From the NCBI GenBank assembly GCA_963724325.1, contig CAVRUH010000001.1, positions 320,001-384,000 on the forward strand: a DNA stretch of 64,000 bases. The letters are read 5' to 3'. Numbering within the stretch: position 1 is the stretch's first letter; every line of letters starts with the position of its first letter. Below are positions 18,763 to 29,033 of this stretch, one piece after another. A program made the position numbers and the translations under genes. The notes beneath the pieces are model-generated. The model ran no database searches. It was given only the letters and a program-made list of their open reading frames with translations, and had not been told where the DNA came from. The stretch is from Waddliaceae bacterium. Lineage in GTDB: Bacteria > Chlamydiota > Chlamydiia > Chlamydiales > Waddliaceae.

Positions 18763-18907
18763 CTCTTTTGACAAGTCAAATATTACATCCTCCTATCCTC
18801 CTATCCTTCATATCCTGCCGCTTTGCGATCATGCATATCTTGTTATTCCTAGGGATAACAGGATACGCATGATCGCAAAGCGGCAGGATATGAAGGATGG
18901 GAGGATA
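18763..18907. repeat. 27-bp leader plus ~115-bp palindrome, copy C (5' flank of GxxExxY)
   Basis: The leader is identical to 18163-18189, exactly 600 bp away; palindrome at 18794-18907. Confidence 0.92.
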
Positions 18908-19029
18908 AGATGAAATAATGATCGCTTAATTGCCGTGAGCTACCTCGAACCTGTACCCCTCTTTTATCTTGTAATAACTATCACTGATGGGATATGATGT
19001 TAATTTAATATGAGGACGTAAGAACATAG

Positions 19030-20733
19030 ATGCGAGAAATACCAACGGCATACCACACATTAGGGCTGCAACTAAGTACATCGTCTATAAAAGGGGCAGA
19101 ATTAATCCTGCGAAAAAATATACCTCAACTCATCGAAACATTCGAAGTCAATGTAAAGCCGCTTTACATTGGAGATGAACAAAATAAATTAAAGACATTG
19201 CTAAGCAAGACACTCACTATAACTTGCCTAGAGACCTCTGAGGTTCTGGCTAGAACGCTTGAGCTAGAACTGACTAAGGAAAATGACATCGACGCTGTGC
19301 TAGAGTTCCAGGCTGAGCCATTGTTACCCTATCCAACAAATGAAGGACTCATCGACCGCATCATTGTTGAGAAAGAAACAGAAGGGACATCCCTAACTGT
19401 TGTGGCTGCAAGAAAGGACTTCGTCGCAAAGCACCTAGAAAGATGGCATGAGTACGGAGTTGAGCCCGAAACTATCAGTTGCATCCCCGCCGCGCTTGCT
19501 GAGTTTTCAAAATATTTTTGTCCCATCGATACCGCGCATCTTGTAGTATATTTTGGAGAAGACTCAACAACATTTGCTTTAGTTAAATCTGGGAAGCTGC
19601 TATCAGCACAGTCACTCAATTTTGGAACTAATGACCTTATGAAGGCATTCTCCGAAAACACACATATTACTCCAAATGCCATTTTGGGAACGTTTTCAAA
19701 ACTTGATTTCGCAGAATTCGACAGGGAGCATTATCCTAAACTCACTGCTGCCATCAATGGATTTACACTGGAAGTTGCTAAGAACTCCATGTCGCTTATC
19801 AAGAAATTTCAAGAATACGAAGTATCTAATGTCTTTGCTACAGGAGAAGGAGCGACACTGCTCAATTTTGTAAAAGTTATTTATCAGAATCAGAAATTAA
19901 CTCCGCTGCAGCCCCTCGTAAAATCAGAATTTCAAACCACTCCAGAAACGCTTCACAAATATGCCATACCTATAGGAGCCGCCCTGTCGGGACTTCATGG
20001 AAATAACAACGGGATAAACTTCCGGCAGAATGAATACAGTTATCCTCACCCCTGGAAAAGACTGCAAAAACCTTTAATCGCCTACTTTTCCCTGTGCATC
20101 GGTGTTGCCCTATCCATTTATCTAGTCGGCAACGCTTATGTTGCAAAGCAAGACGATAATTTACGAACCGAGTATGTCCACCTCTTAGCATCGATGAAAA
20201 AGCCCTATAGTCAATTTGAAACCGAATTTCTTGAAGCAACACAACCCAATAAGAAGCCAGAAACGGCAAAGGTTGATATATTAAGCCTATCACAGAACGA
20301 TATCCTATACCGCCTCGATTTCCTTAAGAAAGAGCTCAATAGCACACCAGACATGTTTCCATTACTCCCAAATATTCCACGGGTCACCGATGTTTTGGCA
20401 TGGTTATCGAATCTCCCTGCGGTGAAAGCAGCATCTGAATCATCGGAAATAGAAGATAGCAAGATACAGCTTACTAGTTTTAGCTATAAGATGATGAAAC
20501 GTCCCGAATTTAATAAGAAAAAGGAACCCTATCAGGCTAAAGTTGAACTAGAATTTACTACAGCCGTTCCGAGAAATGCACGAGAGTTTCATGATGCCCT
20601 GTTGGAGCCCAATAATTTTGTTGACCCCACAGGAGAAGTCAAGTGGAATGCTGAGCGTGGAAAATATCGAGTTTCTTTCTTCCTGAAGGATAAAACGTAT
20701 TATCCTTCAAAGTCCGGGGGTTCCAGTGTTTAG
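19030..20733 (+). CDS. PilM/GspL-like protein (actin-like cytoplasmic domain, TM helix, periplasmic domain)
   Basis: LEFQAEPLLPY, GVEPETISCIPAAL, IPIGAAL...INFRQ followed by a TM helix; occupies the conserved chlamydial yggT-recA interval. Confidence 0.65.
   Translation: MREIPTAYHTLGLQLSTSSIKGAELILRKNIPQLIETFEVNVKPLYIGDEQNKLKTLLSKTLTITCLETSEVLARTLELELTKENDIDAVLEFQAEPLLPYPTNEGLIDRIIVEKETEGTSLTVVAARKDFVAKHLERWHEYGVEPETISCIPAALAEFSKYFCPIDTAHLVVYFGEDSTTFALVKSGKLLSAQSLNFGTNDLMKAFSENTHITPNAILGTFSKLDFAEFDREHYPKLTAAINGFTLEVAKNSMSLIKKFQEYEVSNVFATGEGATLLNFVKVIYQNQKLTPLQPLVKSEFQTTPETLHKYAIPIGAALSGLHGNNNGINFRQNEYSYPHPWKRLQKPLIAYFSLCIGVALSIYLVGNAYVAKQDDNLRTEYVHLLASMKKPYSQFETEFLEATQPNKKPETAKVDILSLSQNDILYRLDFLKKELNSTPDMFPLLPNIPRVTDVLAWLSNLPAVKAASESSEIEDSKIQLTSFSYKMMKRPEFNKKKEPYQAKVELEFTTAVPRNAREFHDALLEPNNFVDPTGEVKWNAERGKYRVSFFLKDKTYYPSKSGGSSV
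19149..19171. promoter_or_regulatory. Perfect palindrome, candidate protein-binding site (copy 1, intragenic)
   Basis: CAATGTAAAGC-C-GCTTTACATTG; the central 21 bp are identical to 38388-38408. Confidence 0.7.
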
Positions 20734-21352
20734 TAATATTCCAAAGCAAAGAGTGTTGCTTTACTTGCTTATTCTAGGGATTATTCCCTCTATTTTTACT
20801 TTCATGAATGTTTATGGTAAAATTAAAGAAGTAAGGGCAGCGCAGGAACAAGTTGCCATGTTAGGCGACCAAGCCTTTATTCTTGAAAAAAAGCAATCGG
20901 TGAATATAGCAGTAAAAGAGTACTACATGGACTCAGAACACTTCTACCTCGATAAATATCTGGAAAAGCTAAAATTTCTTGAGCCCGAAATTGAAAGTTT
21001 GCATAAGCTTGAGAGCAATAAAAATTTTGCCGGCGACGAAAATGTCAAACAGCGGATCGAATTCCTTTCTGGAGATGGCAACTCCATGCTCTTTTCTGAA
21101 GGCAATATGCAATCGTATCAGTATCTACAAGAGACAATCGCCACACTCGTCCATCCGGTCGAAGTCAATCTTTCCGACCTAAAAAAGGTACTAACTATGA
21201 TTGAGGGGATTGACATTCCGCCAAATGTTTCGCCCTCGGAAAGACCGCAATTGATAATTCTTGATCTACGCTTGGATAGAAAGGACATTACTTTTAATAA
21301 CCAAGTTTTTGTTTTAAACCTAAAACTCTTAGTACGTGAATATACGCCATGA
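20726..21352 (+). CDS. Hypothetical membrane-anchored protein
   Basis: N-terminal TM helix; overlaps both neighbours, consistent with an operon. Confidence 0.75.
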   Translation: MFSNIPKQRVLLYLLILGIIPSIFTFMNVYGKIKEVRAAQEQVAMLGDQAFILEKKQSVNIAVKEYYMDSEHFYLDKYLEKLKFLEPEIESLHKLESNKNFAGDENVKQRIEFLSGDGNSMLFSEGNMQSYQYLQETIATLVHPVEVNLSDLKKVLTMIEGIDIPPNVSPSERPQLIILDLRLDRKDITFNNQVFVLNLKLLVREYTP

Positions 21353-22614
21353 AATACCTTTACTTAGTACCTTTACTATTTTGCGCCAGTTGTTCAACCA
21401 TGGATTACGGAAATAATGGCCCGCAACTGACAACCATTAATATTATCGACCGAAATGGAATGTCGGAAACGATCAGTAATCCAGATCGATTAAAACAATA
21501 TTCAAATGTTGACTTCCTTAAACAGCAGCCTTATCAAAAAGTTCTGCAAATTTATAACCGCGATGAAATGGGGGACATTGCTTCATTCGTGACGAGTTAC
21601 CATCCCAATGGACAGCCTAAACAGTATCTAGAAGTTGTAAACACAAGAGCATTTGGTAATTATAAAGAATGGCACCAGAATGGGACCCTAAAATTGAATG
21701 CAACCATTATTGGCGGAGAGCCTGATATTAGCCCGTCAGCCGCAGAAACATGGCTCTTTGATGGCCAAGCACTTGCTTGGGACGAAGAAGGAAACTTGAT
21801 TGCGGATATCAGTTACCTCAAGGGAAACCTTCATGGAGACAGCATTTATTATCACGCGAATGGAAAAATCTGGAAGAAAATCAATTATGTCTCCAATGAG
21901 ATCACTGGGACTTTTGATCTTTATCTCGAAAATGGAATGCTTCTACAATCTACAGCCTTTCAATCTGGCGAGAAAGAGGGAAATTCGGTTCGCTATTGGG
22001 AATGCGGCAGGATTGCCTCCAAAGAGGAATATGTTGATGGCAGGCTTATGAAAGCTACCTACTACGATATTGATTCCAATATTGTTTGCCAAATCACAAA
22101 TGGAAATGGGTTTAAAGCAGTATTTGGAAAAGAAATTATCTCTGAATTAGACGAATATAAAGAGGGCATCCAAGAAGGAATCGTCAAAATCTTTGGATCA
22201 GACCAGTTGGTATTGCGATCGCATCACATCAAAAATGGGATCAAACATGGGGAAGAAATTGAATACTACGATACCCCGGCTATCCGAAATCTGCCAAAAC
22301 TGTCGATCAATTGGCATGAGGGAAAAATACAAGGCACTGTAAGAACCTGGTATGATAATGGCATGCAAGAAAGCCAGCGAGAGATGAGCAATAACAAGAA
22401 AAATGGAATTGCGTCCGCTTGGTATCGCGATGGAAGCTTAATGATGCTTGAGGAATATGAGCAGGGAAAGCTTACAAAAGGCGAGTATTATAGAAAGAAA
22501 GATCGTATGCCGATAACTACAATAGAGTTAGGGGAAGGCGTGGCCACTATGTTTGACTCGGAAGGAAACTTCGTCAGAAAAATCAACTACCGCAGCGGAA
22601 TACCTCTTGGATAA
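21349..22614 (+). CDS. MORN-variant repeat (YwqK-like) lipoprotein
   Basis: Lipobox-like CASC; repeated YxxG...G...(W/Y)xxNG units. Confidence 0.8.
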   Translation: MKYLYLVPLLFCASCSTMDYGNNGPQLTTINIIDRNGMSETISNPDRLKQYSNVDFLKQQPYQKVLQIYNRDEMGDIASFVTSYHPNGQPKQYLEVVNTRAFGNYKEWHQNGTLKLNATIIGGEPDISPSAAETWLFDGQALAWDEEGNLIADISYLKGNLHGDSIYYHANGKIWKKINYVSNEITGTFDLYLENGMLLQSTAFQSGEKEGNSVRYWECGRIASKEEYVDGRLMKATYYDIDSNIVCQITNGNGFKAVFGKEIISELDEYKEGIQEGIVKIFGSDQLVLRSHHIKNGIKHGEEIEYYDTPAIRNLPKLSINWHEGKIQGTVRTWYDNGMQESQREMSNNKKNGIASAWYRDGSLMMLEEYEQGKLTKGEYYRKKDRMPITTIELGEGVATMFDSEGNFVRKINYRSGIPLG

Positions 22615-22624
22615 CTATTTAGAA

Positions 22625-23053
22625 ATGAAAGTCGTAGAAATTAGTCAGCCCGAAGGGGACTCCATCCAACTTTTTCCTGCCTTTTTATCAGGGGTTCAGG
22701 CCGGTTTTCCATCGCCAGCAGATGATTATATCGAAAATAGGTTGAACATCAATGATCTTGTCATTGATCATCCTGCCTCCACATTTTTCGTTCGCGTTGA
22801 AGGGGAATCCATGAAGGATGCCAATATTCAATCTGGAGATATTCTTGTTGTTGATCGTTCTATTGAGGCCGCAAATGGAAAAATTGTTATCGCCATCATC
22901 AACGGTGAATTCACCGTCAAGCGATTCCAAAAAAATTCCTCCGGCACGTTTCTTATTCCAGAGAATCCAAAATTTCCAACCATTAAAATTGAAGAAGATA
23001 CCGATTTTCAAGTTTGGGGAATAGTCACTTTCGTTATTCACAAAGCACGATAA
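22625..23053 (+). CDS. umuD: UmuD-like S24 autopeptidase (Pol V subunit)
   Basis: AGFPSPA cleavage site, GESM Ser and TVKR Lys. The start is moved to the ATG at 22625, after the upstream stop. Confidence 0.92.
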   Translation: MKVVEISQPEGDSIQLFPAFLSGVQAGFPSPADDYIENRLNINDLVIDHPASTFFVRVEGESMKDANIQSGDILVVDRSIEAANGKIVIAIINGEFTVKRFQKNSSGTFLIPENPKFPTIKIEEDTDFQVWGIVTFVIHKAR

Positions 23054-23055
23054 CT

Positions 23056-24309
23056 ATGTTTGCTCTCATCGATTGCAATAACTTTTACGCATCGTGCGAA
23101 AGAGTATTTAATCCAAAATGGAAAAATAAGCCTATCGTTGTTCTATCCAATAACGACGGATGCGTCATAGCCAGATCAAATGAAGCAAAAGCTCTTGGAA
23201 TTCCAATGGGCGCCCCATATTTTCAATTCAAGGACCTCATGAAGGCTCATGACGTTATTGTATGCTCCTCAAATTTTACACTTTATGGAGAAATGTCAGC
23301 ACGGGTTATGCAAACTTTGAGGCAGTTCTCACCTGATGTGCAAATTTACTCTGTCGACGAGGCTTTTCTTATCCTTGAAGGAGAAAACCTAAAAGAGCAA
23401 GGGTTGAAAATCCGGGAAACTGTACTTAAATGGACTGGAATCCCTGTTTCTGTCGGCATTGCACGCACCAAAACTTTATCAAAAGTCGCCGGAGAACATG
23501 CGAAAAAAAATACGTCTACGCAAGGTGTATTTATTTTGCATGGATCCGAACAAGTCGACTCAGTTCTCGATGATTTACCCGTTACAGAACTGTGGGGAAT
23601 AGGAAATCGTTTGGGAAAGAAACTCAACACTTTAGGAATATTTACAGCAAAACAATTTAAAGATGCTAATGACCACCTCATCCGCAAACATCTCACTGTC
23701 GTAGGTCTGCGCACAGCCATGGAATTGCGCGAAATTAGCTGCCTTCCACTAAACGAAATACCAGCTCCAAAAAAATCAATAACACACTCTAGAGGCTTTG
23801 GAAGGCCAATCGATTCTTTTGATGAATTATGCGAATCCATTTCCACATATGCGGCTGAGCTGGAGAAAATTCGCTCCCAAAATACGCTTGCAACAGAAAT
23901 GACGGTATTCATTGAACTTCATCCTTTTCGCCGTGATGTCCCCAATAGTTTCTATTCCAAAATCATTTTTCCCCAACCTACAAACTACACTCCGCATCTA
24001 ATTACCTATGCAAAAACTATTCTCAAACAACTATATATAGCTGGAAATAGCTATCGAAAATCTGGCATCATCCTCGATGGCTTGGTACCCGATGATTGCT
24101 TTCAACAAGATCTATTTTCTTCTCCAAATATCAGTAACGAAAAACAAAAATCTATTATGTCGACAATTGATCAAATTAATGCTGATTTCGGCTACGACAT
24201 CGTCCATTCTGCTGCCGAAGGCGTCATCAAAGGGTGGGACATGAAACGACAACTCCGAACCTCACGCTTTACAACTCGATGGAATGAACTGCTCACCATA
24301 AAAATCTAA
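23056..24309 (+). CDS. umuC: UmuC-like Y-family DNA polymerase
   Basis: [31 protein letters not shown]-terminal [19 protein letters not shown]. Confidence 0.93.
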   Translation: MFALIDCNNFYASCERVFNPKWKNKPIVVLSNNDGCVIARSNEAKALGIPMGAPYFQFKDLMKAHDVIVCSSNFTLYGEMSARVMQTLRQFSPDVQIYSVDEAFLILEGENLKEQGLKIRETVLKWTGIPVSVGIARTKTLSKVAGEHAKKNTSTQGVFILHGSEQVDSVLDDLPVTELWGIGNRLGKKLNTLGIFTAKQFKDANDHLIRKHLTVVGLRTAMELREISCLPLNEIPAPKKSITHSRGFGRPIDSFDELCESISTYAAELEKIRSQNTLATEMTVFIELHPFRRDVPNSFYSKIIFPQPTNYTPHLITYAKTILKQLYIAGNSYRKSGIILDGLVPDDCFQQDLFSSPNISNEKQKSIMSTIDQINADFGYDIVHSAAEGVIKGWDMKRQLRTSRFTTRWNELLTIKI

Positions 24310-24379
24310 TCGACACGATTCCCAATTTTCCGTATTCTATATAATCGAGCATTAAATCAAATTTCAGGAGAAATAAGTT

Positions 24380-25438
24380 ATGTCACAACAACCCGATAGC
24401 GAACGCAAAAAAGCCTTGGAGCTTGCGGTCGGCCTCATAAAAAAACAATTTGGCGATGGCGCCATTATGACCTTAGGACAACGCCCTGTGCATGAAGCCA
24501 GCGTCATTGAAACCGGAGCCCTTGCACTTGATGTCGCTCTCGGCATCGGCGGCGTTCCCAGAGGGAGAGTCGTAGAACTCTATGGTCCCGAATCTTCAGG
24601 TAAATCAACCTTAGCTTTACATATCGTAGCCAACGCCCAGAAAAAGGGAGGGCTTGCAGCCTATATCGACGCAGAACATGCACTGGATCCCGGTTATGCC
24701 GCAAAAATTGGAGTCAATATTGACGACCTCATTATCTCGCAACCAGATTGCGGAGAAGAAGCACTTAATATCGTTGAAATGCTTGCCCGTTCAAATGCGG
24801 TTGATGTCATTGTTATTGACTCAGTGGCTGCATTAGTACCTAAGTCTGAATTGGAAGGTGAAATCGGTGATGCATTCGTTGGTCTCCAAGCCCGCATGAT
24901 GTCCCAAGCTCTTAGAAAACTAACAGCAACCCTTTCGCGAAGCAATACCTGCGCCATTTTCATTAACCAAATCCGTGAAAAAATCGGCGTGATGTATGGC
25001 AGCCCAGAAACAACAACAGGTGGCCGCGCCCTGAAATTCTATTCGTCAATTCGTATGGAAATCCGCAGAGTTGGCGGCATCAAAGGGGCCGACGCAAAAC
25101 CCGATGGAGCTAAAGGAACAGAAACTTCAGAAGTTGGCAACCGCGTAAAAGTAAAAGTAACTAAAAACAAGATGGCGCCTCCATTTAGATCCGCAGAATT
25201 CGATATTCTCTTCAACGAAGGAATTTCCCGCACCGGTTCGGCAATTGATATGGCAACCGAACTCAACATCATCGACAAAAAAGGTGCCTGGTTCAGCTAC
25301 AACGGCGCCCGTCTCGGCCAAGGCCGCGAAGCAGTCCGTGAAGAACTCAAAACCAATACAAAGCTTCTCCAAGAGCTCGAACAACTCATCATGGAAAAGT
25401 ACAAAGAAAAATCCAAAGCCGCCCCCGTCGAGGCCTAG
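24380..25438 (+). CDS. recA: Recombinase A
   Basis: [26 protein letters not shown]. Confidence 0.98.
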   Translation: MSQQPDSERKKALELAVGLIKKQFGDGAIMTLGQRPVHEASVIETGALALDVALGIGGVPRGRVVELYGPESSGKSTLALHIVANAQKKGGLAAYIDAEHALDPGYAAKIGVNIDDLIISQPDCGEEALNIVEMLARSNAVDVIVIDSVAALVPKSELEGEIGDAFVGLQARMMSQALRKLTATLSRSNTCAIFINQIREKIGVMYGSPETTTGGRALKFYSSIRMEIRRVGGIKGADAKPDGAKGTETSEVGNRVKVKVTKNKMAPPFRSAEFDILFNEGISRTGSAIDMATELNIIDKKGAWFSYNGARLGQGREAVREELKTNTKLLQELEQLIMEKYKEKSKAAPVEA

Positions 25439-25448
25439 CAGCGACCCA

Positions 25449-25478
25449 GCCCTCTCCTTACAACCCTAAGGAGAGGGC
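25449..25478. terminator. Hairpin after recA
   Basis: GCCCTCTCCTTA-CAACCC-TAAGGAGAGGGC, a 12-bp stem without a clear U-tract. Confidence 0.5.
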
Positions 25479-25481
25479 ATC

Positions 25482-25615
25482 ATCATCTCCCATCTTCTTC
25501 TATCCTGCCCATCATGCCGCTTGCGATCATGCATATCCTGTAAATTCCAAGGAAAACGGGATATGCATGATCGCAAGCGGCATGATAGGCAGGATGGAAG
25601 AAGATGGGAGATGAT
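25482..25615. repeat. Palindromic repeat family, copy D (between recA and ispA)
   Basis: ~57-bp near-perfect arms containing GCCGCTTGCGATCATGCATATCC / GGATATGCATGATCGCAAGCGGC around a 20-bp spacer. Confidence 0.9.
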
Positions 25616-25617
25616 TG

Positions 25618-26490
25618 TTATTGACTGATGTTATTTATAAGTTGAAGTAATTCATCACTGTTGAGGGGAAGCTGCTTAAGCGAACGCTCAAATTCCCTAA
25701 GTTCCACGTGGAACATTTCTAAAGCTTTCTCATAGCCCAGAAGATTTGCCATGTTGATCTGCCTTTCATTAGTAATGTCCTGTTGCATATCCCCTAGATC
25801 GTCTCCAATTTGAAATGCCATGCCAAAGTGATAGGCCGTTTTTTTCACCTGATCAACTAATTCTACAGGTCCGCCCCCGAAAAGCCAGCCGAACATGAAA
25901 GCATTCTCAAAAAGGGAGACTGTTTTCATTTCCATGACCTCCCGAATAGTTTTTTCGGTAAGATCCGGAGGATAAATATCCAAGAATTGACCACCAGTGG
26001 CTCCAAAAACACCTGAATTGTGAGCAGCATTTCCTAAAGCCAAAATTCCAATTTCGTGCCCTCGTGATGCAAACGCAAGTGTCGAATTATTAACGACTTG
26101 CGCATTTCTTGCAATGCATTCATTTCCTCCAGCGATCAAAGCATAGGTAACCAAAAGAGCTGTTGCCTCTCCATAAACCTTATGAACGCTCGGCTTTTGT
26201 CTGCGCTCGTCATCGTCATCCATCGAAGGAAGATCGTCAGCAACTAAAGAGGCTGTATGAAATAATTCAAGTGAAAGAGCGGCATATGACACATCCGAAC
26301 CGAAGCCGAGTGCCTTGGCGACCATAAGTACAAGCGCTGGACGGAAACGCTTCCCTCCATTCGTCAGAGCATAATGGCAAGCTTCCGCAAGCTTATTGCT
26401 AGAACCAAATAGCGAAAGATTTTCTTCGATGATCCGTTCCACTGCAGCCTGATATTTCGAGAGAATATTTGTGTTTTTTAAGATTGGCAA
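25618..26490 (-). CDS. ispA: Polyprenyl (geranyl/farnesyl) diphosphate synthase
   Basis: GGKRFRP, DDLPSMDDDDERR, GGQFLD, KT, FQIGDD. Confidence 0.9.
   Translation of the reverse strand: MPILKNTNILSKYQAAVERIIEENLSLFGSSNKLAEACHYALTNGGKRFRPALVLMVAKALGFGSDVSYAALSLELFHTASLVADDLPSMDDDDERRQKPSVHKVYGEATALLVTYALIAGGNECIARNAQVVNNSTLAFASRGHEIGILALGNAAHNSGVFGATGGQFLDIYPPDLTEKTIREVMEMKTVSLFENAFMFGWLFGGGPVELVDQVKKTAYHFGMAFQIGDDLGDMQQDITNERQINMANLLGYEKALEMFHVELREFERSLKQLPLNSDELLQLINNISQ
25700..25715. promoter_or_regulatory. parS site inside the 3' end of ispA
   Basis: AGTTCCACGTGGAACA matches the chromosomal parS variant TGTTCCACGTGGAACA at 15/16 positions; it translates as MFHVE in IspA. Confidence 0.75.
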
Positions 26491-27119
26491 ATGAATCCTC
26501 CTATATTTTTACAGGGATGACAAAGAGTGTTTTTACATAAGATCGTCCCCGGATTCATTACTGAATTACAGCCGGTTTGAGCATCATCGCCAACAATCGC
26601 CCCAAATTTCTTAAGTCCGGTATTGAAGGACACATCATCGACATGCACCTTCACAGAGCCTCTATCGAACCTCAGGTTCGCACAAACCGTGCCAGCCCCT
26701 AGGTTGATGCGATTTCCAAGAATAGTGTCCCCAACGTAAGCAAAATGAGCCGCATGAGCATCGTTCAAAAAAACAGCATTCTTAACTTCTGTGTCATGAC
26801 CAATCACACAACTGTCACCGGCAATCAAGTTGCCGCGGATGTAAGCCCCCTGACGGATCGAACAATTTTTCCCAATCACACAAGGGCCCTTGATATAAGC
26901 TCCTGGTTCAACGATTGTTCCAGAACCTATCGAAATACTTTCAGGGTTAACGAGATGTGCACCATCGGGGATTGGCACCTCGATTTTTCCAAGCTTCAAC
27001 GATTTAAGATAGGAATCAATTTTGGAAATCGCCTCCCAAACATAGGTGATATCTGCAAACAAGCTTGCGTGCTCGAACGAATTCAGGTCGAAAAAGTAAG
27101 AAGGTTTGAGCTTGTCCAA
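26478..27119 (-). CDS. Hexapeptide-repeat acetyltransferase (GlmU C-terminal-like)
   Basis: LbH repeats, HFAYVGDTILG, NLGAGT. Confidence 0.85.
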   Translation of the reverse strand: MDKLKPSYFFDLNSFEHASLFADITYVWEAISKIDSYLKSLKLGKIEVPIPDGAHLVNPESISIGSGTIVEPGAYIKGPCVIGKNCSIRQGAYIRGNLIAGDSCVIGHDTEVKNAVFLNDAHAAHFAYVGDTILGNRINLGAGTVCANLRFDRGSVKVHVDDVSFNTGLKKFGAIVGDDAQTGCNSVMNPGTILCKNTLCHPCKNIGGFICQS

Positions 27120-27179
27120 TCTATGATCTCGGTTTTTATACTAGATTTTGAACGGAATCATGAATAATTTCAACACCTT

Positions 27180-27745
27180 CTTTAGAAGAATAATATAAAT
27201 ATCTCTTTTTTCTTCTTCTTCAGAGCCTGTGGAAATGTTGACAACCCTTATGTTTCACGAGAGAATCCTGCCGTTCATAACTGTTTCACAAAGTGTCTAT
27301 AACCTCGAGTTTATGAACAAAATTCAGTTGTGAACTGATCCATGAACAATTCTATGAACTAAAAAGGGGTGGGTTATGAACCATTTCTGTGGAAAAATGA
27401 AAAATCTAAGGATCGACGAGTTCGACAGCCCCTAAAGAAGAAGAATACTAGTATATCTTATTTCTTCTTCTTCAGAGGCTGTGGAAAAGTTGATAACCCC
27501 TTGTTTTTCCGAGTAAAACCCTCTGTTTATAACTCGTTCACACCTTGTTGATAAAGCTTGACTTGTGAACAAATTTTCATTGTGAACGAAACCATAAACA
27601 AAGTTATCAACCAAAAAACGGGTGTTATGAACAGGAATTGTGGAAAGATAGGGAAAAAGGACCAAAATGACCAAAGAAATATAGGGATTATTTTAGATCC
27701 TTTTTATCTTGTCTTGATAATCCTTTTTCAAATAATATGACCCTC
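27180..27745. other. Candidate replication origin oriC
   Basis: Lies in a ~650-bp intergenic region with DnaA-box matches: TGTGGAAAA at 27388 and 27480, and single-mismatch boxes at 27228, 27546, 27564 and 27639. It has a duplicated module and AT-rich flanks; parS is 1.5 kb away. Confidence 0.65.
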
Positions 27746-27771
27746 CAGCCTAATTCTAGATAGGGAAAATA

Positions 27772-28302
27772 ATGAATAAAAATATAGTTGAAACAACTCA
27801 CCATCAAACTTTTGAGTCACTAAAACAAGAGGAAAATGGTTGCGAATTTTGGAGCGCCCGCAAATTGTCGAAGGCCCTTGAATACTCTGAATATCGTCAC
27901 TTTTTACCAGTCATTGAAAAAGCAAAAGAAGCCTGCAAAAACAGTCGTAGCATTATTGAGGACCATTTCGAGGATATCCTCGATATGGTCGAAATAGGAT
28001 CCGGGGCACAGCGTCGCATTTCAGACATACGATTATCACGCTATGCATGCTATTTGGTTGTCCAAAACGGTGATCCGGCTAAGCCGGTAATAGCCAATGG
28101 CCAAACATACTTTGCGATGCAAACGCGTCGGCAGGAACTTGCTGACAATCCAAGCTTCCAACAGCTAAAAGAAGATGAAAAGCGTCTCTATCTTCGAAAC
28201 GATCTTCGGGAAAACAACAAAATACTCGGAGAAACAGCTCAACAGGCTGGCGTAGAAACGAGCGTTGATTTTGCCATATTCCAATTGAAAGAAATTAACT
28301 AA
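27772..28302 (+). pseudogene. dinD: DNA-damage-inducible protein D, C-terminally truncated
   Basis: FWSARKL, LSRYACYLVVQNGDPAKPVIA, FAMQTRRQE. It stops right after DFAIFQ, where full-length DinD proteins continue. Confidence 0.7.
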
Positions 28303-28316
28303 GAAGGAGATATATC

Positions 28317-28658
28317 ATGACAAAAAGTTATAAAGAAATTACAGCTGACATATCCGTTTCGCTGGCAAAATTGCGAAAAGAGATCCCCGATGTAATGAAT
28401 GGTTTTGGAGCATTGGGCCAAGCTGCCGCAAAAGATGGAGCTCTTAACAAAAAGACTAAGGAGTTAATCGCCTTGGCCTTAGGCATAGCCTCCCGTTGTG
28501 ACGGATGCATTGGCTTCCACACACAAACATTAGTGAAGTTAGGTGTTACCCGTGAAGAACTTCTCGAAACCCTCGGCATGGCCGTTTACATGGGCGGAGG
28601 CCCCTCGCTTATGTACGCCGCAGATGCACTCAAAGCTTTTGAAGAATACACGATGTAA
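28317..28658 (+). CDS. Carboxymuconolactone decarboxylase / AhpD-like protein
   Basis: KELIALALGIASRCDGCIGFH, MGGGP. Confidence 0.9.
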   Translation: MTKSYKEITADISVSLAKLRKEIPDVMNGFGALGQAAAKDGALNKKTKELIALALGIASRCDGCIGFHTQTLVKLGVTREELLETLGMAVYMGGGPSLMYAADALKAFEEYTM

Positions 28659-28787
28659 AAAATTGTACAAAGTTGATTTCATAAAATACTTCTAATTTTT
28701 TATGTTGTTTGTTAAAATAAATGTTTTTTTTATTGAAAATAAAATATATAAAATGTTATTGTGATAAATAACAGAAATGGAGAGAGT

Positions 28788-29027
28788 ATGTCAATAATAA
28801 AAAAAACATGTAGATCGTTAGTGGTTATTGCAACCACTATATATTCCTTCTTAAATTTGGATGCTTCGGCTATAAAACAACAAAAAAATGGAACCACCTG
28901 GATTAATGTAAAGCTCGACAGTAATACAATGGACTATTTAAAGAATATTCAGTCGTTAAAAGGTAAATGCGATGGGTGTAGCACTGGACCCAAAAAGGAT
29001 GGATGGGATGGAGATTGCTCGGGGTAA
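28788..29027 (+). CDS. Small putatively secreted peptide with a Cys/Gly/Asp-rich tail
   Basis: GGAGAG RBS before ATG 28788; signal-like N-terminus; ends CDGCSTGPKKDGWDGDCSG. Confidence 0.6.
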   Translation: MSIIKKTCRSLVVIATTIYSFLNLDASAIKQQKNGTTWINVKLDSNTMDYLKNIQSLKGKCDGCSTGPKKDGWDGDCSG

Positions 29028-29033
29028 TAAGCT

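Noticed and set aside
19030..21352. PilM/GspL-like genes as part of the Tad locus
   Set aside because: They lie about 6.5 kb away in a housekeeping block, and Tad systems do not use PilM/GspL components.
27369..27740. Three short ORFs in the intergenic region
   Set aside because: They have no recognisable motifs and overlap the DnaA-box cluster.
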